A stretch of 64,000 nt of DNA from the IMG/VR virus record IMGVR_UViG_3300030099_005838; one strand, 5' to 3'. The translations under genes were made by a program, and so were the position numbers. Of the stretch, positions 9,738-18,669 are shown piece after piece; position 1 is the stretch's first letter, and every line of letters starts with the position of its first letter. Below the pieces are notes generated by a model. That model made no database searches, had not been told where the DNA came from, and saw only the letters and a list, made by a program, of their open reading frames with translations. Source of the stretch: a virus.

Positions 9738-9831
9738 GTCTTTTCTTCAAAAAACCCTATATTTTATGCGGCGTATCGACTGCACGCGGCTAATTAATTG
9801 AAAAAAAATGAAAAAAAAGTGAAAAAAACCC

Positions 9832-9860
9832 TTGACTTTTAGCTTATTTCTTCGTAGCTT
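9832..9860 (+). promoter_or_regulatory. early promoter with phased A-tract UP element
   Basis: TTGACT-N17-TAGCTT; A-tracts at 9801, 9811, 9822. Confidence 0.75.
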
Positions 9861-9866
9861 AAGGGG

Positions 9867-10084
9867 TAATGATTAAGGAAATGATAATGAATTAGTGAGA
9901 AAAGATTTAAAGAGAACACTTTGGCTAAGACTTAATCTCTTCGCAGTGTTCTCTGAGTGGGGCTAGGGTTAAGAGCCACTGCCTGTCATTTTGTCTGACA
10001 TCTGGCGCCCCAAAGATTTACTTGTGTTGTTGGTTAGGTGTGGCTGAGAGGTTTCCTCCTTATTCCCTCTCAGCCACTTTTTTT
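9867..10084 (+). ncRNA. candidate small RNA
   Basis: Promoter to terminator unit with no real ORF; stem AGAGAACACT 9911-20 / AGTGTTCTCT 9945-54 plus further stems. Confidence 0.5.
10040..10084 (+). terminator. rho-independent terminator
   Basis: 12-bp stem GTGGCTGAGAGG/CCTCTCAGCCAC then T7. Confidence 0.85.
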
Positions 10085-10126
10085 ATTAACTCGGTTAGCT
10101 AAAATATATTTTGCTACGCAAACCTA

Positions 10127-10135
10127 ATATTTATA
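10127..10135 (+). promoter_or_regulatory. putative late promoter motif
   Basis: ATATTTATA 3 nt before ATG 10139. Confidence 0.5.
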
Positions 10136-10138
10136 TAT

Positions 10139-10327
10139 ATGAAAGACTTTAAACGATTACAGACACTTATCAACCAGATGGAGACGGACCTCATCATGCT
10201 CTATCAGAGCGGGGAGGTGCTTGAGTTCATGGAAGAGGACCCCGAGTACATAGCAGTATCGATGGTTAGTCTAATACTGGATAGGGAGCACTTCCTACAG
10301 CTAGGTATGGTGGTGGGGGAGGCATGA
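10139..10327 (+). CDS. hypothetical protein
   Basis: 62-aa ORF right after late motif. Confidence 0.55.
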   Translation: MKDFKRLQTLINQMETDLIMLYQSGEVLEFMEEDPEYIAVSMVSLILDREHFLQLGMVVGEA

Positions 10328-10504
10328 CAGAGTGACAGAGCTGGGGGCCATGCCGTAGCATTAAGTCGTTAATCGCGAGCAGGTGACAATATGTCACACG
10401 CTCATGCTGAAGCGTATATAGAGGCTAAATTTTTTTCCCTATAGTAATTGATAAAACTTTCGTATCATAATGATAAAAAATAATCAGCGTATTAGAAGGA
10501 GAGT

Positions 10505-10768
10505 ATGATGAGTAAATTAAATGATTTCATGCTACAATGGGGTGTGGATAAGTTTCTACACTTTATGGCTGGAGCTGCTATTTTCGCTATCACAGGATCT
10601 TGGATAGTTCTATTGGTTGTTAGCTTTGGAAAGGAATTGTACGACAGGTACAATGGAACAAGCGGTTGGAATAATTGGGATGCATTGGCAACTATCGCAG
10701 GTGGGGTGGTTGCATTTATCGGACAATGGGTTTGGAACTACCTACCCTATACAGAATATCTTATGTAG
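10505..10768 (+). CDS. small membrane protein (DKxxH..KExxD..D type)
   Basis: DKFLHFMAG, GKELYD, WDALATIAGG; GGAG SD. Confidence 0.6.
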   Translation: MMSKLNDFMLQWGVDKFLHFMAGAAIFAITGSWIVLLVVSFGKELYDRYNGTSGWNNWDALATIAGGVVAFIGQWVWNYLPYTEYLM

Positions 10769-10769
10769 A

Positions 10770-10934
10770 ATGATGTGGTTTAGGATTAAGGCATATGAAA
10801 GGGATATCGGACGTAACATTACCTTCTGGCTATGGGGTGATGGTGAGGAGCATATCAGAAGTATTTTATCCGATAGGGATAACATTACAGATATAGAGTA
10901 TATAGAAGAGGCCACACCAGACTTTATAGATTAA
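10770..10934 (+). CDS. hypothetical protein (54 aa)
   Basis: ATG right after upstream stop; track start 10617 is an overlap artefact. Confidence 0.45.
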   Translation: MMWFRIKAYERDIGRNITFWLWGDGEEHIRSILSDRDNITDIEYIEEATPDFID

Positions 10935-10965
10935 AAATAATTACCTTCTTTTCCCCACCTATCTG

Positions 10966-10974
10966 ATATTTATA
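10966..10974 (+). promoter_or_regulatory. putative late promoter motif
   Basis: ATATTTATA 5 nt before ATG 10980. Confidence 0.5.
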
Positions 10975-10979
10975 TATGT

Positions 10980-12695
10980 ATGCAAGGTTATATAAGTAAT
11001 TCAGATTTACATATAGGATTAATAGATAAGAAGTATTCCAAGCCGGTTAGGGCTTTAATCCATAGGTTTCTTCGCCCTTATCCTACAGGTATGGAGTATA
11101 TCCGAAGATTAGATCAGGAGTATAAGATTATAGAGCAAAAGGGTTTTGTATCCACGTTCCACAGGGTAAGAGATTTATTAGAGTTGATTAAGAACCAAAA
11201 TATTCCACACGTTCTCAGGGGTTCTGCCGCAAGTTCGTTAGTCTGTTATCAATTAGGAATTAGCGATATCGACCCCATCCAAGAGAAGATACCATTAACT
11301 CGATTTATGAACTGGTGCAGGGATACCCAACCTGATATCGATTTAGACGTTCCTCATTTCATTCGGGATAATTTGATAGAGCAGTTCCATGAGATACACC
11401 CTAACAAGGTCGCACGTATAAGCAATAAGGTGATGTACAAACCAAAGTCCGCGATGAGGGAAGCCATTCGGAAGTTTGGTTACCGTAAGTTTCTTCCACG
11501 TAGGTACAAACTTTCCGATATCTTTCCCGACCCTTATGTTCGAAAAAACGTTCAACACTACGCGAAATCTCTCGTCGGTAAACAACGACAATGGTCGCTT
11601 CACTGCGGAGGTTTAATCGTTTTTAACGACAAAGTACCGAATGAGCTTTGGTTGAAACCTGAAAGAAGACAAATCCTATTGGACAAGTATGATGTTGAGG
11701 AACAGAATTTAATAAAGATAGATTTACTATGTAACAGAGGATTGTCACAGTTGTGGTCGTTGAGTTCCATGCCTGTATCGGAATATCCAAAGGACGATAG
11801 GTTGGCTTCTGAACTGTTATGCAGGGGAGAGGTTATAGGGCTTACACAGAGTGAGAGCCGTACTATGAGAAAAACCATATTGGCTCTACAGCCTAAGAAT
11901 GTATACGATGTTGCATTGGCTCTAGCCTTAATCAGACCAGCTGCAGCTGATGGTGGTAGAAAGGCAGCTTACTTTCGTAGTGGTGGTAAGGGTAAGAGAC
12001 AGATAATAACCGATGAAGATGCTATAGAATACATCTCTGATAGCTTAGGATGTTCTATGGATTTTGCTGATAAGTATAGACGAGGATGGAGTAAACAACA
12101 GCCTGATATTATGGATGAGTTCCTAAACAGATTGCAGGGTAAGCGAGATAGTGGTGAACAATCTGATATAATTACTGAGTTGAGACATTCACCCAAGTAT
12201 AGTTATTGCAGAGGACATGCTTTATCTTACGGACAATTGGTATGGGCATTGGCTTATTGGAAAGCCAGAGAACCACAGAAGTTTTGGATAGCCACTATTA
12301 AGAATTGTAATTCATCTTACCGCAGATGGGTGCATAGAAGACAAAGTATATTAGCTGGTAATTATCTGTATAATGGTAAGCAAGGTACACCGATGTTTCA
12401 GTTTGAGAAAACAGGCTGGTGGGATGGTGCTGATTTTCTGTCAAATGATTTCGGTTGTGAGGATGCTGATGGTGTAACTTACTTTAGTGGAGTTGTTGCA
12501 AATAGTAGAACCATATATAGATTTAAAAAGAAGTTGATACTTATGAGTATAGGAGTTGGTAATAATCAGTACAGAGATTTGATAATAGATAAGAGAATAT
12601 TTAAAGGTGGAAAGAGATGGAATTTTATCGAAGGCTGTGGAATTACCAAAAGACAATTTAACTCTGAATATATAGAAGTATCACACTTATTATGA
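10980..12695 (+). CDS. dnaE: compact family-C DNA polymerase (DnaE core, no PHP domain)
   Basis: RGSAASSLVCYQLGISDIDP, PDIDLD, HCGG, KIDLL, YCRGHALSY. Confidence 0.85.
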   Translation: MQGYISNSDLHIGLIDKKYSKPVRALIHRFLRPYPTGMEYIRRLDQEYKIIEQKGFVSTFHRVRDLLELIKNQNIPHVLRGSAASSLVCYQLGISDIDPIQEKIPLTRFMNWCRDTQPDIDLDVPHFIRDNLIEQFHEIHPNKVARISNKVMYKPKSAMREAIRKFGYRKFLPRRYKLSDIFPDPYVRKNVQHYAKSLVGKQRQWSLHCGGLIVFNDKVPNELWLKPERRQILLDKYDVEEQNLIKIDLLCNRGLSQLWSLSSMPVSEYPKDDRLASELLCRGEVIGLTQSESRTMRKTILALQPKNVYDVALALALIRPAAADGGRKAAYFRSGGKGKRQIITDEDAIEYISDSLGCSMDFADKYRRGWSKQQPDIMDEFLNRLQGKRDSGEQSDIITELRHSPKYSYCRGHALSYGQLVWALAYWKAREPQKFWIATIKNCNSSYRRWVHRRQSILAGNYLYNGKQGTPMFQFEKTGWWDGADFLSNDFGCEDADGVTYFSGVVANSRTIYRFKKKLILMSIGVGNNQYRDLIIDKRIFKGGKRWNFIEGCGITKRQFNSEYIEVSHLL

Positions 12696-12843
12696 AACTA
12701 AAGTACAGAATATTAGAATGGTTGCGTAAAATAAAAGTAAAGAAGAAAACTAAAACAGTTTATGTTTACAGCGATGATGTCTGCCGCACTGATTCAAATA
12801 ATAAACCCTACAAAATAAAAATCAAAAAAGATTAGAAAAAGAC

Positions 12844-12873
12844 TTGACTCGTATTGCATTTTTGTTATAGCTT
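12844..12873 (+). promoter_or_regulatory. early promoter
   Basis: TTGACT-N18-TAGCTT. Confidence 0.75.
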
Positions 12874-12899
12874 AAGGCATAATAAAAAAGGAATATTTA

Positions 12900-13241
12900 A
12901 TGAACGAAACAATTTATTTTAGAGACCATATAATCGGTGTTGAGGAACTAGACCCGCCTTTTAGAGAAGTTCCTTTCTTTCAGCTGATGGATGAGTTTTG
13001 TAATGACTATGATGATAGAAATTACTGTGAGAACTTCGCTGTGGTTTGGAATCAAGTAGACGAGGAACTTCACGTTCAACAGATATACAACCATGATACT
13101 GGTGAGATTTATTGGGAAGATAATTTTCCTGAACTTGAAGGTTGTGGGATGGCACCAGGTGGTAGGGATTGGACTATAGGTGATGAGATAATTTACTGTA
13201 GTCTTCTAATGTGGGGTGAGATGGAACAAACAATTGCGTAA
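12900..13241 (+). CDS. acidic hypothetical early protein
   Basis: AAGGA SD, follows promoter. Confidence 0.7.
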   Translation: MNETIYFRDHIIGVEELDPPFREVPFFQLMDEFCNDYDDRNYCENFAVVWNQVDEELHVQQIYNHDTGEIYWEDNFPELEGCGMAPGGRDWTIGDEIIYCSLLMWGEMEQTIA

Positions 13242-13258
13242 AAAAATTAAAAAAAGAC

Positions 13259-13288
13259 TTGACTCGTATTGCAATTTTGTATTAGCTT
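13259..13288 (+). promoter_or_regulatory. early promoter
   Basis: TTGACT-N18-TAGCTT, near-identical to 12844. Confidence 0.75.
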
Positions 13289-13293
13289 AAGGC

Positions 13294-13536
13294 ATGATAA
13301 ATGAGGAAAATATGAAAAACATAATCAAATTAGAAAGTATCGGAACTGCATTAAATATGAAAACCGGCATGACTCATCCGATAAATGCTGACGGTACTAT
13401 TGACTTTGATGAGGGAATGGCAGAACACATTCTTTATGACACAGGTGGTTTTGATGAGGATGGTTTTGAATTGTATGACTTGGCTGATTTAGAGGATAGG
13501 GAAGTCATCGAAGAATATTTAGAAACAACAAAGTAA
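13294..13536 (+). CDS. acidic hypothetical early protein
   Basis: ORF after promoter; start may be the downstream ATG (MKNIIK) after GAGG. Confidence 0.65.
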   Translation: MINEENMKNIIKLESIGTALNMKTGMTHPINADGTIDFDEGMAEHILYDTGGFDEDGFELYDLADLEDREVIEEYLETTK

Positions 13537-13548
13537 AAGGAAAAAATA

Positions 13549-13920
13549 ATGGCTTATATGAATCAAGAAAAGAAAAAAGAGTTAGCTCCAAATATTAAAA
13601 AGGCTTTGAAAAAGCATAATATGAAAGGTACACTTAGTGTCGATAACTATTCTACTTTAAGGTTGACTCTTCAATCTGGTCCTATTGACTTCAAGTACAT
13701 TGGGCAAGATGGTGAGACTATCAGACATATAAATGAGTATTGGTATAAAGACCACTTCAAAGATAATCCTGAAGCACTTGCTTTCTTATCAGAGGTGATT
13801 CCAGCGATGAATAATGGAAACCATGATAACTCTGATATAATGACAGATTACTTTGATGTCGGTTGGTATATTTCTGTTAACCTTGGTAAGTGGGATAAAC
13901 CTTATATAGTTAATGCGTAA
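13549..13920 (+). CDS. conserved phage early protein (LPD29-like SDxMTDYFD motif)
   Basis: HDNSDIMTDYFDVGWY; family name from memory. Confidence 0.45.
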   Translation: MAYMNQEKKKELAPNIKKALKKHNMKGTLSVDNYSTLRLTLQSGPIDFKYIGQDGETIRHINEYWYKDHFKDNPEALAFLSEVIPAMNNGNHDNSDIMTDYFDVGWYISVNLGKWDKPYIVNA

Positions 13921-14338
13921 TAAGGAAAGATTCAAAAAAGAGATTAGGGCTCTTAGAACCGTACTTATGGATGAGCACTACTGTAAATCTTTAGGTAGTT
14001 TTCATACATTTGTAGCTGATATGCATGTAGCATTAGTATCTGATAGAAGGATTACAGATAAGATGCAAGGTAGTATCCAAAAAATTATTAATAACTATCA
14101 TAGGTTAAATCAGCCTGATATTAGGACAAAGAGATTACAGATTATGGATAAGATGGATATGTTGTCCAAAAAATTAGAGCAGTGTGATTACCACAAGTTA
14201 TATAGGATGGAAAAGCAGGAAGTCATAGATAGTATGAAGAGGTGGGCATCAAGAACAGGTAAGTTGACTAAAGGACAGATGGTATATTGTAATAAACTTT
14301 TTAAACAATTCAATAAAAAAATTCAAAAAAGACCTTGA
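13913..14338 (+). CDS. hypothetical protein
   Basis: Coupled ORF. Confidence 0.65.
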   Translation: MRNKERFKKEIRALRTVLMDEHYCKSLGSFHTFVADMHVALVSDRRITDKMQGSIQKIINNYHRLNQPDIRTKRLQIMDKMDMLSKKLEQCDYHKLYRMEKQEVIDSMKRWASRTGKLTKGQMVYCNKLFKQFNKKIQKRP

Positions 14339-14363
14339 CTTTTAGCAAAAGTTTTTGTAGCTT
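14335..14363 (+). promoter_or_regulatory. early promoter
   Basis: TTGACT-N17-TAGCTT; core identical to 14602. Confidence 0.8.
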
Positions 14364-14389
14364 TAGATGTTAAATAAAGGGAATAAATA

Positions 14390-14593
14390 ATGGAAACATA
14401 TCAAATCAATGGAATAACAGTTCGTGGAGAAATCAAGTGGACTAGAATTGGAGAGCCAGTGGATATGGATAATGACTACGAGATGGCTAGGGTTTATGGA
14501 ATGGATAAGGCCGGTAGAGGGTATTGTGCCATAGGATATATCGAAGACGGTCTCATAGATGACATCGTTGATGAAACTTTTGAAATACTTTAA
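14390..14593 (+). CDS. hypothetical early protein, paralog of 15424
   Basis: GEIKWT..GMDKAG..IG..DG. Confidence 0.65.
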   Translation: METYQINGITVRGEIKWTRIGEPVDMDNDYEMARVYGMDKAGRGYCAIGYIEDGLIDDIVDETFEIL

Positions 14594-14601
14594 AAAAGTA
14601 C

Positions 14602-14630
14602 TTGACTTTTAGCAAAAGTTTTTGTAGCTT
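14602..14630 (+). promoter_or_regulatory. early promoter
   Basis: CTTGACTTTTAGCAAAAGTTTTTGTAGCTTTAG exact repeat of 14334. Confidence 0.8.
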
Positions 14631-14656
14631 TAGCCGTTAAATAAAGGGAAAAAATA

Positions 14657-14800
14657 ATGAAAACAATTTTTGAAGAAATACAAAATGATATGGATGAGTT
14701 CTTCGCAGAGATAGATGCTATCATCGGTAGGGAACCTGAGATGACAGATGAAGAAGCTGAACACTTGGAAATGAAAGCGGAGTTGGCTTATGGAATTTAA
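14657..14800 (+). CDS. small acidic protein (47 aa, not in track)
   Basis: AAGGGA SD; MKTIFEEIQNDMDEFF.. Confidence 0.55.
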   Translation: MKTIFEEIQNDMDEFFAEIDAIIGREPEMTDEEAEHLEMKAELAYGI

Positions 14801-15146
14801 TCAGGCCATAGATAAATTACTTGTAGGGATTGGTGATGACTATACCAGATGGTCTTCACCATTGAAAACTGATGAGCAGGGTATGGTTGATATTAAGACT
14901 AAGATGATCGCTGAGTTTAGAGATAATATTAAAATTAGGAATGGTAAGAAGTATGTAAAAGTTATCACCGGTTCTTCTGTTTGGGGTTTTATTGCTAAAG
15001 ACGATGGAGTTCACAAAGGTATACCACATAAGAAAGGCGATGTCTTCAAAGCCGCTGGTTGGGCAGCTCCGGCCAAATGGGCTAGAGGAAGTATTTTTGA
15101 CACTAACACAAATTGGTTCAGATGGACTGGGCCTAATTACTTATAA
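14790..15146 (+). CDS. conserved phage hypothetical protein
   Basis: GKKYVKV..GDVFKAAGWAAPAK pattern recalled from T4-like marine phages. Confidence 0.6.
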   Translation: MEFNQAIDKLLVGIGDDYTRWSSPLKTDEQGMVDIKTKMIAEFRDNIKIRNGKKYVKVITGSSVWGFIAKDDGVHKGIPHKKGDVFKAAGWAAPAKWARGSIFDTNTNWFRWTGPNYL

Positions 15147-15156
15147 GGAGTAAAGT

Positions 15157-15351
15157 ATGATAAATCCAAAAGATGAAGCCATCTTAGATATGATGGCTGA
15201 TGAAATCGAAGTCAGTAACGAACTAATCGCTGATAACAGCGACTACGTTGATTATCTTCTCAATGAGAGGAAGGATGGTTACTCAGGTGATTATGAGTCA
15301 TCTGATGTATTAGAGTTTGATGAAACTGATGACGAATGGTATCTTGACTAA
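15157..15351 (+). CDS. acidic hypothetical protein
   Basis: AAGGAG SD. Confidence 0.65.
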   Translation: MINPKDEAILDMMADEIEVSNELIADNSDYVDYLLNERKDGYSGDYESSDVLEFDETDDEWYLD

Positions 15352-15370
15352 AAAATATCTAAAAAAAGAC

Positions 15371-15400
15371 TTGACTTGTATTGCAATTCTTTTGTAGCTT
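15371..15400 (+). promoter_or_regulatory. early promoter
   Basis: TTGACT-N18-TAGCTT; 36-nt exact match to 48041-48076. Confidence 0.8.
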
Positions 15401-15423
15401 TAAACGTAATGAAAAGGAAAAAT

Positions 15424-15666
15424 ATGATACACGAATTAGTTCACGAAACAGTAAACATTAAAGGATGGGACATAGTTGGTTCTATCGATTGGACAGTTGG
15501 TAATGAAACCGAATTACCATTTGAAGATCATCAACCTGATAAGACATTACATTACATCAATGGATATGATAAGGCTGGAACATCAGTTAGTTGTATCGGT
15601 GAAGTAGTTGATGGTAAAGTTGTAGATGTATTTTTTGATTATTTAATTGCTAAATATAATAAATAA
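15424..15666 (+). CDS. hypothetical early protein, paralog of 14390
   Basis: AAGGA SD before ATG 15424; GSIDWT..GYDKAG..IG..DG. Confidence 0.6.
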   Translation: MIHELVHETVNIKGWDIVGSIDWTVGNETELPFEDHQPDKTLHYINGYDKAGTSVSCIGEVVDGKVVDVFFDYLIAKYNK

Positions 15667-15680
15667 AGGAGTCAGTTAAT

Positions 15681-15950
15681 ATGACATATGTGTATGAATA
15701 TGTTGTCGGTAATGACAACGTTAAAGTGGAGTACTGTTTTAGCAGTGTTTCAGACTCAATCAAAGTGGTTGAGATGTGGGTTAATGATAAATTCCACAGA
15801 GTGAATTGGATGAGTCCAGAAGGTAATAAGGCTTTGATGACTAGGTTGGAAGCCGATATGGAGAATAGGATGTGTGGTACTTTGGATGATGTAACCGTTG
15901 GAACTGAAATTGATTTAGATAGAGATATACCGGAGATTGCAATTGCTTAA
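15681..15950 (+). CDS. hypothetical protein
   Basis: AAGGAG SD. Confidence 0.65.
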   Translation: MTYVYEYVVGNDNVKVEYCFSSVSDSIKVVEMWVNDKFHRVNWMSPEGNKALMTRLEADMENRMCGTLDDVTVGTEIDLDRDIPEIAIA

Positions 15951-16179
15951 AGAAATATTAGATAGGCTTGTAGATATAGAAGGTCAGTTAGATGACGCTT
16001 ACTACAACCTGCCTGAGTATGATGCTAACTCAGAAGGTAAGGGTTATATAGATGGTGCAAGGTGTGACTTGTACCATCTAAAAGATGAGATAGAAAAAAC
16101 TATCTTAGAAAGCCAAAAAGAAAATGTATCACTAGATGAGGTAATGAATACATCACCGACATTAGCCAAATTATTATAA
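15937..16179 (+). CDS. hypothetical protein
   Basis: Coupled ORF. Confidence 0.55.
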   Translation: MQLLKEILDRLVDIEGQLDDAYYNLPEYDANSEGKGYIDGARCDLYHLKDEIEKTILESQKENVSLDEVMNTSPTLAKLL

Positions 16180-16397
16180 TGAATCTATTAGAGAAAATAA
16201 TAGACACTTTCGATGGAGTTATTATTGAAGATAACCAATGGACTGTGGATGGTTCTAATGGCAAACGGTATATCGTAGAGTGGGATAAGTATAATAAAAA
16301 ATACAGTTGTCAATGTAAGGGTTATATTTATAGAAAGAAATGCAGACACATTACAGAACTATCAGAATCTTTTAGGAGACATTATGCAGTTAGATAA
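16179..16397 (+). CDS. SWIM zinc-finger protein
   Basis: YSCQCKGYIYRKKCRHI. Confidence 0.75.
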   Translation: MNLLEKIIDTFDGVIIEDNQWTVDGSNGKRYIVEWDKYNKKYSCQCKGYIYRKKCRHITELSESFRRHYAVR

Positions 16398-16683
16398 TAT
16401 AGACCACGTTGCTATACAAGTTACACACATAGCTAGAGGTGTAGCTTTTTATAAAAAGAATTTCAATTGTGAAGTAGAATATGAAGACCAATCTTGGGCC
16501 TTACTAAAATTTAAAAACACAAAACTAGCTTTAGTATTACCTGCAGAACACCCGCCACATATTGCAATTATAGATGATGAATTAGAAGGTGGAGATGTAC
16601 ATAGGGATGGTAGCCGTTCTAAATACGAACATGATGGCTATGGGAATATGGTAGAAATAATTACTTATAAGGATGTAAAATGA
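16384..16683 (+). CDS. VOC/glyoxalase-family protein
   Basis: IDHVAIQV..FY..HIAI..DGYGNMVEI. Confidence 0.75.
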   Translation: MQLDNIDHVAIQVTHIARGVAFYKKNFNCEVEYEDQSWALLKFKNTKLALVLPAEHPPHIAIIDDELEGGDVHRDGSRSKYEHDGYGNMVEIITYKDVK

Positions 16684-16855
16684 AAGATAAAATAAAGATA
16701 AACGATGTTGTTGAATTTAAGGCAACTTCACTTGGAAAGGGAACTATAATTTCTGTACCTAATGAAGATACTCATATGTATACCGTTAGGCTAGGGGTAC
16801 AGGATATAAATGGTAAACATATAAGTTGTACAGAACATTACTTTAAGGTGGTTGA

Positions 16856-17068
16856 ATGATTGAAATTCAAAAGAATAGAAGAGAGACTATCAGAATCTCT
16901 GAATCAGAATATGAAGGCCATAAGTTTATTGATTTAAGAATTTGGTATGATGATAATGGAGAAATGAAACCTACAAAAAAAGGTATATCATTCAATCCTA
17001 ATATTGCAAAAGAAGTTATCGAAGGAATACTAAAAACGGTAGAGGAGTCAGATTGGAAAAACTTCTAA
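16856..17068 (+). CDS. PC4/YdbC-like ssDNA-binding protein
   Basis: EYEGHKFIDLRIWY..KPTKKGISF. Confidence 0.85.
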   Translation: MIEIQKNRRETIRISESEYEGHKFIDLRIWYDDNGEMKPTKKGISFNPNIAKEVIEGILKTVEESDWKNF

Positions 17069-17412
17069 CCAACAAATTGTATTTGGCTATCCTAGCACAA
17101 ATCATCGGTGGTATAATCGCTTTCTTTCAGTTACAAGGTTGGGTTGTTTGGCCGGATAAACCGTTTCTGAAATCTATATGGTGGTTGTACCTAACAAGTA
17201 TTATTATAGCACCATTATTCTTTTGGAGTACAAAATGGTCTTACGACCACTTTGGTGCTTTTTGGAATATGAGGTTAGCTGGATTTGGTATTAGTACAAT
17301 AATATTTGGTTTACTGGCGTGGAGCCTGATAGGTGAAATACCAACAATAAAAACTATGATTAGTCTCTTACTAGCATTAGCTATAATCTTAATACAAATT
17401 AGTAATCTTTAA
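17053..17412 (+). CDS. four-TM membrane protein
   Basis: Four hydrophobic segments. Confidence 0.6.
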   Translation: MEKLLTNKLYLAILAQIIGGIIAFFQLQGWVVWPDKPFLKSIWWLYLTSIIIAPLFFWSTKWSYDHFGAFWNMRLAGFGISTIIFGLLAWSLIGEIPTIKTMISLLLALAIILIQISNL

Positions 17413-17423
17413 GGAGAATTGAA

Positions 17424-17819
17424 ATGAAAACTATATCTAAAATACACATCATAATTGCGGTACTTGCTTTCATATTTGGAACTCAACTCAAAGGACAGAC
17501 ATTCAATTATAACACAGTTTCAGACTTTGAATTGAAACCGATGCCACCTGAATTAGTCCCATACCAGATTGTGCCACTAGACCCTGTACCTGATTGTAGA
17601 CTAGAAATGGGTATTGAATTAATATATCCCCAAAGTATTATGAATCTACCAGAGCCACAAAGAGAGGAAACATTAGAAATTATTTATAAAAGAGTGGCAT
17701 TTGAGATATCGAATCCTGAGAAATCTGCTGGTTTATTTCAGATTGATGGACGGATGTATCATTTAATCAGAATACCTTATACAGGTGCTTCTAACTTTTG
17801 GGGTTGGGAATATGATTGA
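17424..17819 (+). CDS. secreted hypothetical protein
   Basis: AAGGAG SD; signal-peptide-like N-terminus. Confidence 0.6.
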   Translation: MKTISKIHIIIAVLAFIFGTQLKGQTFNYNTVSDFELKPMPPELVPYQIVPLDPVPDCRLEMGIELIYPQSIMNLPEPQREETLEIIYKRVAFEISNPEKSAGLFQIDGRMYHLIRIPYTGASNFWGWEYD

Positions 17820-18126
17820 GTATATTTTATTAGGAGTATTTGCTCCGATAATTTTAAACCTTATGCATATGATTATTGGATTATATGTGGTGACACAACG
17901 TGGTAATATGATGTCGTTAGGATTTACAGGTATGGGTTTTCTAACTAAGACAGTAGCTATGTTATTCTTAACATGGCTGGGTGTTGGTTATTTGAATATG
18001 GACTTTAGAATATTTATTCCGTTACTAACATTCTTTTGGTTTTTTACTCACATGGTGGAAGCATTTGTCATACAGCATTATATGAAAGAAAATGTTCCAA
18101 AAGAATTACAAAGGATACAGATATGA
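17812..18126 (+). CDS. three-TM membrane protein
   Basis: Start at MIEYILL; three hydrophobic helices. Confidence 0.55.
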   Translation: MIEYILLGVFAPIILNLMHMIIGLYVVTQRGNMMSLGFTGMGFLTKTVAMLFLTWLGVGYLNMDFRIFIPLLTFFWFFTHMVEAFVIQHYMKENVPKELQRIQI

Positions 18127-18187
18127 TTTATTTACTTTTAGGAATTTTAATACTTATACTAATAATGCAAATAAGGAATGGTTGGAA

Positions 18188-18478
18188 ATGAAAATAAGTT
18201 TAATGCAGAGACATTTATTCAACGACTCAAAACCAATGATTCAACTTTGGGGTCCTGATGCTGAGAAGGAACATCATATGCATCAGAGTGCTGACAAATG
18301 GGTTCAATGGGATGAGTGTGATTTAAGTGATTCACCACCATATAGATTACCTGGTAGTATGACAGCACATGGTAAGTTCCCAACTTATAAATATGAGGAG
18401 TTACCAACGACATTCAAAGATACCAATGGTGAGGAACACGAGATAGAGGATATAATAGCATATAAGAGTAGTAAATGA
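18188..18478 (+). CDS. hypothetical protein
   Basis: ATG 18188 in frame with track ORF 18092. Confidence 0.5.
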   Translation: MKISLMQRHLFNDSKPMIQLWGPDAEKEHHMHQSADKWVQWDECDLSDSPPYRLPGSMTAHGKFPTYKYEELPTTFKDTNGEEHEIEDIIAYKSSK

Positions 18479-18669
18479 AACAAATAAGACATAGTAAATT
18501 ACCAATCACCTTAATATCAGATGACCATCTCACAACAGATTTTCTGAAGGCTATTCAGATACAGATGGAGGAATACAGTTGGGATGATTGGATTGATGAA
18601 AATGGTAATTGGTTTACATTTTGGAATAAACCAAACCCTAAACAATTGGAGCTGTTTGATGAACTATAA
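18475..18669 (+). CDS. hypothetical protein
   Basis: ATGA-type coupling. Confidence 0.55.
   Translation: MKQIRHSKLPITLISDDHLTTDFLKAIQIQMEEYSWDDWIDENGNWFTFWNKPNPKQLELFDEL

Noticed and set aside
9959-10012. GGGGC..GCCCCA as tRNA or second tmRNA
   Set aside because: Only ~54 nt and no T-loop
12844-15400. CRISPR-like repeats
   Set aside because: Copies are irregularly spaced, separated by whole genes, and match -35/-10 promoters; no cas genes seen
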